Shown here one piece after another: positions 42,069 to 50,586 of a stretch of 64,000 nt of DNA; the stretch's first letter is position 1; every line of letters begins with the position of its first letter. This stretch comes from a bacterium (GTDB lineage: Bacteria; Krumholzibacteriota; Krumholzibacteriia; JACNKJ01): the NCBI GenBank assembly GCA_024231955.1, contig JAAEPZ010000591.1:98453-162452 (forward strand). Direction: 5' to 3'. Position numbers and translations under genes: made by a program. The notes below the pieces were generated by a model, which worked only from the letters and a program-made list of their open reading frames with translations, did no database searches and was not told the DNA's origin.

Positions 42069-43108
42069 GCGTCAAAACCCGGCTTCCGGCGATCACCCTG
42101 GAACTGACCGGCGCGTGCAATCTTGCCTGCAGCTATTGCTACAATCACTGGCGTGTACCGGGGCAGGAGCTCCCGGACGGTCGAACTCCCGACTACGGGC
42201 AGGTGAGACGCACGGTCAAAGCCCTGTATCGGCAGGTCGATGTGCGGCAGATCGCAATGACGGGTGGCGAGCCCTTTCTCTTCGAACGTTTGCCGGAGAT
42301 CGCCTTGACCTGCAGGCTCAAGGGCTCCGCCGTGGCGGTGATCAGCAACGGCAGCATCGCCGACAGAGGGCGTTACGACGAATTGATCCGCATCGGCATC
42401 GACCTCTTTGAGTTCCCGATACACTCCGCCACCTCAGCGATTCACGATTCCCTGACGAATACCCCCGGCTCCTGGAGCAAGGCCCGCGAATCCCTGGAAC
42501 AGGTGATCGAGCTGGGTGCGCGCGGGGTGGCTGTGATCGTCCTCACGCGGCGGAATGTCGTCGGGTTGGGGGACACACTTCGCCTGTGTCGCGAATTGGG
42601 CGTGGATTCAGTCATGCTCAATCGTTTCAACATCGGAGGACGCGGCATCGCCGAAGCGCACAGGCTGCAGCCGGATGCCGCGCAACTGCACCAGTCTCTC
42701 CGTGTGGCCGATACCGCCGTCACGGAGCTCGGCCTGAAGATCAGTTCGAATGTCTGCACTCCCCATTGCCTTGTCGATCCGCATGACTATCCCCGCCTGG
42801 GTTTTTCGAACTGCGAAGTCGATGTGCGGCAAAGACCGCTGACCCTGAACTGGCGGGGCGACCTGCGCTTCTGCAACCATTCGCCTGTGATCATGGGCAA
42901 TATCCACCGGCAATCCCTGAACGAGATATTCGCCTCCGATTACGCCACGCTCTGGCGGCAGGCTCGCCCGGTATTTTGCGCGGACTGTCACCGCTTCGAA
43001 CGCTGCGCCGGCGGTTGCCGCGCTGCCGCCGAGCAACTGGGGGGGACGCCGGCCGACCCGGATCCGGTTCTGGAGATGTCGGGTACGAAAGCACCAGGAT
43101 CGGCGTAA
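42065..43108 (+). CDS. Radical SAM/SPASM domain protein
   Basis: CNLACSYC, TGGEP; SPASM-like C..FCN..MGNI..CADC....CAGGC. Confidence 0.9.
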   Translation: MSVKTRLPAITLELTGACNLACSYCYNHWRVPGQELPDGRTPDYGQVRRTVKALYRQVDVRQIAMTGGEPFLFERLPEIALTCRLKGSAVAVISNGSIADRGRYDELIRIGIDLFEFPIHSATSAIHDSLTNTPGSWSKARESLEQVIELGARGVAVIVLTRRNVVGLGDTLRLCRELGVDSVMLNRFNIGGRGIAEAHRLQPDAAQLHQSLRVADTAVTELGLKISSNVCTPHCLVDPHDYPRLGFSNCEVDVRQRPLTLNWRGDLRFCNHSPVIMGNIHRQSLNEIFASDYATLWRQARPVFCADCHRFERCAGGCRAAAEQLGGTPADPDPVLEMSGTKAPGSA

Positions 43109-43424
43109 GAACGGGGTGGCATGATCATCATCGACTGTGGCATTGCGTTTGCCTGGCCCGAGTACCTTGTGGTTGAGCCTGATCCGTACTTCCCCCCGAT
43201 CGGGTTCAACTTTTGCCGTAAACTCCGTATCGATGAACGGTCATCAGGATGGATCGGACAGATCCTGCCCGGCGTGTGTTCTCGATTTTCTGTCGCTGGT
43301 TGAATCCGTGTTCGAGAAAGCGCTTCGGCAACAGATCGCCGCAAAATGTATCCTCTGAATGGACAACCGGGGAGCACTCCTCTATTGTCCGCTCAATGTT
43401 CGCCATGGTCTTTGACAAACCGGG

Positions 43425-44930
43425 ATGCCGCGCATGATGTCGAAATTTGAAGATATCGAGTATGCAGATCTGCCGACGCAGCCGCAGCCGGATATCGGGA
43501 CGGTTCTGGTCGCGGGGGCCACCGGCTATATCGGGGGACGACTGCTGCCCGCCCTGGTTATGAGGGGCTACAGAGTGCGCGCAATGGTCAGAGCCGGATC
43601 GCTCTCACCAGGAAGCCTGTCGTCTGAGGTGGAGGTCGTGGTGGCCGATGCTCTGGATGCCGAGCAGGTTTACGAGGCTCTGGAGGGTGTCCATACGGCC
43701 TATTATCTGATCCATTCAATGTTGTATGGACTCGACAAATTCGAAAACGTCGATATTCAGGCGGCCATCAATTTCCGTCGGGCAGCAGAGGCCAGGGGGG
43801 TGAAACGGATCATCTATCTCGGTGGGCTGGGTGATATCCGCACCTCTCTCCCTTCGCATCTCTGCAGCCGCAGGCAAGTCGGCAACCAATTCAGTGAGAG
43901 CAGCGTGCCGACGACAATCCTCCGTGCGGCGATAATAATCGGGTCGGGCAGTGCATCTTACGAAATGATCAACCACCTTGTACGGCGCTTGCCCATCCTC
44001 CTGACTCCGAAGTGGATCAAGACCCGCTGCCAGCCGATAGCGATAAGGGATGTTCTCAAATATCTGATCGGCGTTCTTGAGCATCCCGAGACAATCGGCC
44101 GAACGTTCGATATCGGCGGCGATGATGTCCTGACCTATAGGGAGATCCTGGCGACACATTCCGCTCTGCTAGGCAGAAAACAGCTGCTCATCCGCTCGCC
44201 TGCGGTACCCATAGGTTTCTACTCATACATTGCCAGCTTGTTGACACCGGTTCCGGCCTCCATCTCCAGATGCTTGATGGACAGTATGACCCATGATGTC
44301 GTCTGCCAGGAGCGGGACATCGTGAAGCTGATCCCCTTCCGTCGTCTCGCCTACAAGGAGGCGCTGGTGCTGGCGATCTCACGGGTGGAGCAGGATGCCG
44401 TCCGCACCCGCTGGTCGGACAATTACCCGCCGGATCATGAACTGGCTATCAAACTGCATGAACTGGAGTCGGATCCGAACTACCGAAGTTCCCATTCGCT
44501 TGTATCGCGCAAATCACCGGCGGCGCTCTTCCGATCCGTCATCAAGATCGGAGGCAGAGAGGGGTGGTTCCACAGCAATGCTCTCTGGCGCATCCGGGGC
44601 GCATTCGATCGAATGTTGCTGGGTGTCGGCACTGCGCGCGGGCGGCGGAGCGAATCGACTCTGCGCAGGAACGATGTGATAGATTTCTGGCGCGTCGAAA
44701 CGATTGAGGAGAACAGCCTGTTGCTGCTTCGGGCCGAGATGAGGCTACCCGGGCTAGCGTGGTTGGAGTTTCGGATCGATCCCGCGGGGGAGGGGGAGAA
44801 TCGGCTGACGGTCACGGCCTACTACCAGTCACGCGGACTTTGGGGGCGCATTTACTGGTATATCTTCATGCCGTTTCACCAATTCATCTTCCAGGATCTC
44901 ATCATGGAGATTGAGAAGCGCAGTTGCTGA
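43425..44930 (+). CDS. SDR-like NAD(P)-binding protein with DUF2867 (YbjT-like)
   Basis: GATGYIGG, AYYLIHSM, IIGSGSASYE, DFWRV, AEMRLPG, GLWGRIYWY; start may be 43434/43437. Confidence 0.88.
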   Translation: MPRMMSKFEDIEYADLPTQPQPDIGTVLVAGATGYIGGRLLPALVMRGYRVRAMVRAGSLSPGSLSSEVEVVVADALDAEQVYEALEGVHTAYYLIHSMLYGLDKFENVDIQAAINFRRAAEARGVKRIIYLGGLGDIRTSLPSHLCSRRQVGNQFSESSVPTTILRAAIIIGSGSASYEMINHLVRRLPILLTPKWIKTRCQPIAIRDVLKYLIGVLEHPETIGRTFDIGGDDVLTYREILATHSALLGRKQLLIRSPAVPIGFYSYIASLLTPVPASISRCLMDSMTHDVVCQERDIVKLIPFRRLAYKEALVLAISRVEQDAVRTRWSDNYPPDHELAIKLHELESDPNYRSSHSLVSRKSPAALFRSVIKIGGREGWFHSNALWRIRGAFDRMLLGVGTARGRRSESTLRRNDVIDFWRVETIEENSLLLLRAEMRLPGLAWLEFRIDPAGEGENRLTVTAYYQSRGLWGRIYWYIFMPFHQFIFQDLIMEIEKRSC

Positions 44931-45037
44931 ACAAACTCGATTCCTCCCGTGTTTCTCTCCTCAATTCGATCTTTGTGTCGTGCGGAACCCGATCTGCCTG
45001 GTGCTCGGCAGCGACCTCGTCGCGACATCGCCATACA

Positions 45038-45067
45038 TAAACAACCCCGACTCGAAAGCCGGGGTTG
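45038..45067 (-). terminator. Terminator hairpin after the beta-helix gene
   Basis: Minus strand CAACCCCGGCT-TTCG-AGTCGGGGTTG followed by TTTA. Confidence 0.65.
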
Positions 45068-45090
45068 GGGAGATCCGTGCAAAAGAGAGA

Positions 45091-46701
45091 TCAGTACATC
45101 GCCTTGATGGCGCTCCAACTCTTCGTCTCTGTACTGGTCTCGTTGCAGTTGGTGCTCCGTGCTCCGATGAGCAATCCGCAGGTTGAGTTGGTCTGGGCGC
45201 AGGGGGAATCGCTCTGTAGATAGACGTTGCCGTCTACGGCGTTCGTGCCGCAGAACTGCGGATCGGATGAGAAGTTGTTGCTTATGGTCGCCTGATCCTC
45301 GATTCCGCCCGCCCAGTTTCCGCCGCTGTTGTTCCAGATATCCGAACACGTGAATGTGATCTGGGAATCGCCGTCCTGGTAAACAGCGCCGTTTTGCCAG
45401 GTATACGCCACGATACAGCACACTAGGTTGAGCGATGCCGTGTGGTAGGTGCAGATCGATCCTCCGTCCTGCGCCGCGGTGTTGTAGGTGAAGGTGCAAT
45501 TCGCCAGAGTAGCCGTCGAGGTCCACTCGCTGTAGAAACCGCCGCCCCAGCCCGCTACGTTGTTGTGGAAGACGCAATTCTCGAACCTCGGATTCTGGTT
45601 GCTCCAGTTCGCCACCGCTCCCCCCTCGAAGGGGCAGTTGTTCCGCAGAAAGAGGCAACCGGTGACATCCGCATCGGCATCCACGTCGATGCCGAGTCCC
45701 GCGCCGCCTATCCAATCGATCCCCGTGGGTGTGAGGTTGTCGCGGAACTCGCAATTGGTGATGGTCGTGGTGCCGGTGCCGTCGCAGTAAACGCCGCCGC
45801 CGTAGTTGGAGATGTTGTTCAGGAAGTCGACACCGCTGAGAGTGGGGGAGGAGCTGTCCCAGATGTACACGCCGCCACCCAGTCCGTACTCGCCGAGCTG
45901 CGCCTCGTTGGCCGAGAACGTGCCCCCCGTAACGTTGGGGGAGGCGCCGTTGAGGCAGTACATCCCGCCGCCGAAACGGGCGATGTTCTGCCCGAAATTG
46001 CAGTTCGTGATATTTGGGTTCGATCCGTCGCAGACAAGTCCGCCGCCGGAACTGCCGGTGGTGTTGCCCGTGAAGGTCACATTGGTCAGTGCGGAGAGGC
46101 AGTCTTTGAAGACCAGCCCGCCGCCGTCCGTGACCGCGGAGTTGCCCGTGAACGTACACAGGTCGAAGCTCACCTCGCAGGCGTCTATATAGCAGCCGCC
46201 CCCCTGACCCTGATCGTCCGCCAGTTCCGACGTCGCCGAGTTGTTCGTGAAGATGCAACCTGTGAAATTGACGGAGCTGGTGGGCATCGTATAGACGGCG
46301 CCCCCTTTGTTGAAGGCCGAGTTGTCTTCGAAATGGCAGTTGGTGACCTGGAGGTTCCCGTCGACGAACAGGGCGCCGCCGAACGAGGTGTCGCCCCCGA
46401 TCAGGTGCAGGTTGTCCAGGTATCCCGAGCTGCCGGACTCATCGAAGATGATGGCGCGGCCTAGCCCCCGGGCATCGATCGTCACGTTGTCCGTGCCGCC
46501 CGGTGCGCCATTGAGGTGAACGCCCGGCGGCAGGGCCAGATTGTATTCGTTGTAGGTTCCCGAGGCGAGCAGAACGGTGTCGCCGTAGCTGGCTGCGGCC
46601 AGCCCCGCCGCCGTCGTCGGCTGTTCTGAGGGGACATGGATCGTGGTTGCGCAGGCGGTGGTGGCCAGCAGCATCAGACTGACGAGAATTCCTGTCTTCA
46701 T
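45091..46701 (-). CDS. Secreted right-handed beta-helix (Pmp-like FxxN/GGxV repeat) protein with SWSAIKAMY tail
   Basis: GGAGG RBS, signal peptide, TIHVPSEQPT; more than 10 F..N.A..GG repeats; DPQFC...LQSDSPC; C-terminal SWSAIKAMY. Confidence 0.85.
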   Translation of the reverse strand: MKTGILVSLMLLATTACATTIHVPSEQPTTAAGLAAASYGDTVLLASGTYNEYNLALPPGVHLNGAPGGTDNVTIDARGLGRAIIFDESGSSGYLDNLHLIGGDTSFGGALFVDGNLQVTNCHFEDNSAFNKGGAVYTMPTSSVNFTGCIFTNNSATSELADDQGQGGGCYIDACEVSFDLCTFTGNSAVTDGGGLVFKDCLSALTNVTFTGNTTGSSGGGLVCDGSNPNITNCNFGQNIARFGGGMYCLNGASPNVTGGTFSANEAQLGEYGLGGGVYIWDSSSPTLSGVDFLNNISNYGGGVYCDGTGTTTITNCEFRDNLTPTGIDWIGGAGLGIDVDADADVTGCLFLRNNCPFEGGAVANWSNQNPRFENCVFHNNVAGWGGGFYSEWTSTATLANCTFTYNTAAQDGGSICTYHTASLNLVCCIVAYTWQNGAVYQDGDSQITFTCSDIWNNSGGNWAGGIEDQATISNNFSSDPQFCGTNAVDGNVYLQSDSPCAQTNSTCGLLIGARSTNCNETSTETKSWSAIKAMY

Positions 46702-46802
46702 CTCGACTTCCTCCCGGTGGGTGTATATCACAAATGTAGCATGTTTGGCTTGTGCAGGGGAAGGGGGGGAGTCTGTAACCACAGTTTATCTGGGATATCG
46801 AT

Positions 46803-46834
46803 AAAGAAAGAGAGGGTGTCCGAGCCCCCCTCTC
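46803..46834 (-). terminator. Probable terminator
   Basis: GAGAGGG...CCCTCTC stem followed by TTTCTTT on the minus strand. Confidence 0.55.
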
Positions 46835-46858
46835 TCAATGCGTGATATCGAATTCGGA

Positions 46859-48550
46859 TCAGTACATCGCCTTGACCGCACTCCAGCTTGTCGCCTCGGT
46901 GCTGGTCTCATTACAATTGATGCCCAATGCGCCGACTATCTGACTGCATCCGGCCACAGCCGCCGTGCAGGGCGAGTCGCTCTGCAAATAGAAATTGGTC
47001 GTGCCGGCAACGCCGCAGAACTGGGGGTTCGCGGAGAAGTTGTCGTCGGTTGTCGCCTGTGATTCGATTCCGTCGACCCAATCGCCGCCCGCATTGTTCC
47101 AGAGGTCGCAGCAGACCAGATTGATCGTCGAATCCGATTCCCGATGGACCGCGCTGCCGGCTCCGCTGTCGCAGATGATGCTCCGATTCAGGTCGACGGC
47201 GGCCCCGGTCCAGACGCTGATGCCGGCGCCGTCGGCGGCGTCCGTCACCTCGTTGCGCACCATCGTGCAACTGGTGAAGACTGCGGTGGAGTTGTTCTCA
47301 CCGTAATACGCCCCACCCCATCTCCCCGTGTTGTCATGGAAAATGCAGCTGGTGAATTCGGGGGTGCCGGTGCTCCAGTTGCCGATCGCTCCACCCATAT
47401 AGGTGGTGGAGTTGCTCTTGAAGGTGCAGGCGGTCGCCGTTAAATGTGCCGTACCCATGATGCAGGCGGCGCCGCCGCCCTGCGCTGTCTCGGAGCTTGC
47501 CGACTGGTTGCTTTCGAAACGGCAGTTGTCGAAGTGCGGTGTGCTCCCTGCGTTGCTGCAGACGGCGCCGCCCCAGACTGCCTGATTGGTGATGAAACGG
47601 ACATCCTCGACCGTAGCGGAGGCCGTATCCTCCAGATAGAGTCCACCTCCGTAGCCGTAGCTGCCCGCAGCGGCCGTGTTGCTCGACCAGGTGCCGCCGG
47701 TGATCGTCGGGGCGCTGCTGCCCCCGCCACTGTGTTCAACGGACATCGCCCCGCCCCAGTCGGCCGTGTTGAGCGCAAAGCCGCAATCGGTGATGGTCGG
47801 GCTGGAGTTGTAGCACATCAACCCGCCGCCGCCGTCGTTGGCGGCGTTGCCTGTGAAGTTGGTATGGTCCAATGTGGAGACCACCGCATCCAGAAGATAG
47901 ACTCCGCCGCCGCTGTAGACCGCATTATTGTCCGAGAATGTACAGAGTGACAGACCGAGGTTGACGGCCTCGGCATAGATGCCGCCGCCGTTGGTGTTCG
48001 TGGTGTTGCCGGTGAATGAGCAGCCATTGAAAACGGGGGAACCACCCGTTGCGATATAAACCCCGCCACCGGACCAGCCATTGTTCTCCGTGAACTCGCA
48101 GCCGGTGAAGGTCGGGTCGGCCGACGAGTCAAGAGCCAACCCGCCGCCGTGAGTCGACGCCTGATTGCCGATGAGGACACACAGCGAGACCTCGATGGGG
48201 GAGTTGGTCAGGTACATGCCCCCCCCTTCTGAGGTGGAGCCGCCGGTCAGAGTCAGGCCGAGGATACTTGTGGAACCGGCCAGGTCGCTGCCATGGATGC
48301 ACCTGCCTTGACCGTTGGCGTCGATGGTTACATCCTGTGCGTCACCGGTGGCGCTCCGGAGGCAAACGCCCGACTTCATCTCCAGATCGTGTTCGGTGTA
48401 ATTGCCGGTGGAGATGCTGACCGTATCGCCACTGACGGCGACTGTCAGCGCCGCCGCGATTGTCGGTTGCTCATCCGGCACATTGATCGTGGCTGCGCTG
48501 CCGACGGAGGCCAGCAGAAGTACGAGACCGCAGAATATCATACTCTTCAT
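46859..48550 (-). CDS. Secreted right-handed beta-helix protein, paralog of 45091-46701, SWSAVKAMY tail
   Basis: Signal peptide, TINVPDEQPT, same repeats and near-identical C-terminal region. Confidence 0.87.
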   Translation of the reverse strand: MKSMIFCGLVLLLASVGSAATINVPDEQPTIAAALTVAVSGDTVSISTGNYTEHDLEMKSGVCLRSATGDAQDVTIDANGQGRCIHGSDLAGSTSILGLTLTGGSTSEGGGMYLTNSPIEVSLCVLIGNQASTHGGGLALDSSADPTFTGCEFTENNGWSGGGVYIATGGSPVFNGCSFTGNTTNTNGGGIYAEAVNLGLSLCTFSDNNAVYSGGGVYLLDAVVSTLDHTNFTGNAANDGGGGLMCYNSSPTITDCGFALNTADWGGAMSVEHSGGGSSAPTITGGTWSSNTAAAGSYGYGGGLYLEDTASATVEDVRFITNQAVWGGAVCSNAGSTPHFDNCRFESNQSASSETAQGGGAACIMGTAHLTATACTFKSNSTTYMGGAIGNWSTGTPEFTSCIFHDNTGRWGGAYYGENNSTAVFTSCTMVRNEVTDAADGAGISVWTGAAVDLNRSIICDSGAGSAVHRESDSTINLVCCDLWNNAGGDWVDGIESQATTDDNFSANPQFCGVAGTTNFYLQSDSPCTAAVAGCSQIVGALGINCNETSTEATSWSAVKAMY

Positions 48551-48776
48551 GACAACCTTCCTTTTGTTCAGGCTTCAACCCGCTTGTTACATTAGCAAAA
48601 TGTTCCGAAATAGGGGAATAAATATCTTCCGGGGCCGTGACTTGGCGTCCGCTTTAAAAATGGGGTGATTTTCGCCGGGTTTATTCATTATCTTGTCCGC
48701 GGTCCGGCGCAGACGCCGGACGTGGCCCCTCCGCGGTAAGGATGGGTCTGTAAGCATACGCCGGAGAGTAGATTTC

Positions 48777-49733
48777 ATGAGCAATTCCAGGAAGATCGGC
48801 ATCTATTCCGATTCCACATTTCTCCTCCACGCTACCGGAGCCGGACATCCGGAGCGGGCCGAGCGCTTGCGCGCCCTGGAGCCGGTGTTCGCCGAGCTCC
48901 CGCAGGAGCGATTCGAACTCATCAGCAGTTGCGCTCCCTGTCCCGAGGAGTTGCTGGCTACCGCCCACAGCGGACCGCACATCGAGCGGGTGAGGAGCGC
49001 GTGTACCGCCGGGCCCGGTTATCTGGATTCCGATACCCACGTCGTTCCCGTGAGCTGGGACGCCGCTCTCCGGGCGGTCGGGGGCGTCACGGACGCCTGC
49101 CGTCGCGTCCGGACGGGCGATCTGGCCCGCGCCTTCTGCGCCGTCCGCCCCCCCGGACATCATGCCGAGCCCAGTCGCGCCATGGGTTTCTGCCTGTTCA
49201 ACAATGTGGCCATCGCCGCGCGCTACCTCCAGGAGGAGCTCGGGGTCGGCAGCGTGGCGATCGTCGATTTCGATGTTCACCACGGCAATGGCACCCAGGA
49301 GATCTTCTGGGATGACCCCACCGTGCTCTACGCCAGCAGCCACCAGTTCCCGCACTACCCGGGTACGGGACGTCGGGAGGAGGTCGGTGCGGGCATGGGG
49401 CTGGGCGCAACCCTCAACATGCCCCTGCCCGGTGGAGCGGGGGACGAGATGATGATCCCCTGGTACGAGGGGGAACTCGCCACCCGCTTGCGGAGCTTCA
49501 AGCCCGATTTTCTGATCGTTTCGGCCGGATTCGATGCCCATGCCCTGGATACTTTGAGCAGTATGAGTGTCACCACCGAGGGGTTCGGTAAAATCACGGC
49601 CATACTGGCCGGTTTGGCCGACGAACTCTGTGGCGGACGGCTTGTCTCCGTGCTGGAGGGGGGCTACCACCTGGAGGCTCTCGCCGAATCGGTCGCTCTC
49701 CATCTGGCCGAGCTGGCGCCGCAGGAGAGATGA
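48777..49733 (+). CDS. Histone deacetylase family (AcuC/AphA-like) amidohydrolase
   Basis: HPE, RPPGHHA, GFC, DFDVHHGNGTQ, SAGFD, EGGY. Confidence 0.92.
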   Translation: MSNSRKIGIYSDSTFLLHATGAGHPERAERLRALEPVFAELPQERFELISSCAPCPEELLATAHSGPHIERVRSACTAGPGYLDSDTHVVPVSWDAALRAVGGVTDACRRVRTGDLARAFCAVRPPGHHAEPSRAMGFCLFNNVAIAARYLQEELGVGSVAIVDFDVHHGNGTQEIFWDDPTVLYASSHQFPHYPGTGRREEVGAGMGLGATLNMPLPGGAGDEMMIPWYEGELATRLRSFKPDFLIVSAGFDAHALDTLSSMSVTTEGFGKITAILAGLADELCGGRLVSVLEGGYHLEALAESVALHLAELAPQER

Positions 49734-49778
49734 CAACGCACCGCGAACCGCAGCGCCGGATAGCCGGGGAGGCAGATC

Positions 49779-49807
49779 TTGCTAAACCCCTGTTCCTCTG
49801 CTATCTT
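49779..49807 (+). promoter_or_regulatory. Possible sigma70 promoter of efp
   Basis: TTGCTA-N17-TATCTT with extended TG. Confidence 0.4.
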
Positions 49808-49860
49808 GCGAGCTTGAAAAGAAACAGTCCGTCTACGGATGACAATCACAGGAGATCAGA

Positions 49861-50421
49861 ATGAAGATCATCGCGACCCAGGTTCGAGTCGGAAACGTCC
49901 TCCAGATCGACACCGATCTGTATCGCGTCACTGGGATGACGCACGTCACACCCGGCAAGGGGATGGCCCATGTGCAGGTGAAGCTGAAGAACCTGCAAAC
50001 CGGCAACAACAAGGAATCCCGTTACGGCTCGAGCGAGAAGGTCGAGAAGGTGGATGTGATCACCAGCAAGATGGATTACAGCTACGAATCCGGGGATGAA
50101 TACGTCTTCATGGACAACGAGACCTTCGACCAGATCTCCATTCAGGAGGATCTGCTTGCGGAGGCCAAGCTCTATCTGGTGCCCAACACGACCGTGGATG
50201 TCCAGACCTTCGAGGGGCGCGTTATCGGAATCGAATTGCCGAAAGTGGTTGTCCTGGAGATCGTGGACACTCCGCCCGAGGTGAAGGGGGCCACGGCCAC
50301 CGCCCAGACCAAGCCCGCCACCTGCGAAACCGGCCTGGTGGTTACGGTGCCCGGGTTCGTCAGCAGCGGCACCAGCATCAAAGTGGATACGGCCACCGGC
50401 AAGTATCTGGAGCGTGCCTGA
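49861..50421 (+). CDS. efp: Elongation factor P
   Basis: HVTPGKG loop, FMDNETFDQ, KPATCETG, VDTATGKYLERA. Confidence 0.96.
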   Translation: MKIIATQVRVGNVLQIDTDLYRVTGMTHVTPGKGMAHVQVKLKNLQTGNNKESRYGSSEKVEKVDVITSKMDYSYESGDEYVFMDNETFDQISIQEDLLAEAKLYLVPNTTVDVQTFEGRVIGIELPKVVVLEIVDTPPEVKGATATAQTKPATCETGLVVTVPGFVSSGTSIKVDTATGKYLERA

Positions 50422-50489
50422 GTCCGACCGGGGAGATAACCCCTTGCCGAGCAAAAACGAAAACATTTTAGCGGGGGAATTGAGATTCG

Positions 50490-50519
50490 TTGACAATCTC
50501 TTTCCCCCGTTACTATTGT
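50490..50519 (+). promoter_or_regulatory. Possible sigma70 promoter of maeB-sdhCAB
   Basis: Perfect TTGACA with TACTAT/TATTGT 15-18 nt downstream. Confidence 0.4.
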
Positions 50520-50586
50520 GACATAGTTCCGGTGGGTACTATTCACGCCCAGTGGATGTGTGATCTCCATGAGAAGGGATGGATCG

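Noticed and set aside
43121..43358. Short ORFs between the radical SAM gene and the YbjT-like gene as RiPP precursor or pseudogene
   Set aside because: No recognisable motif or convincing RBS; cannot be supported without a search.
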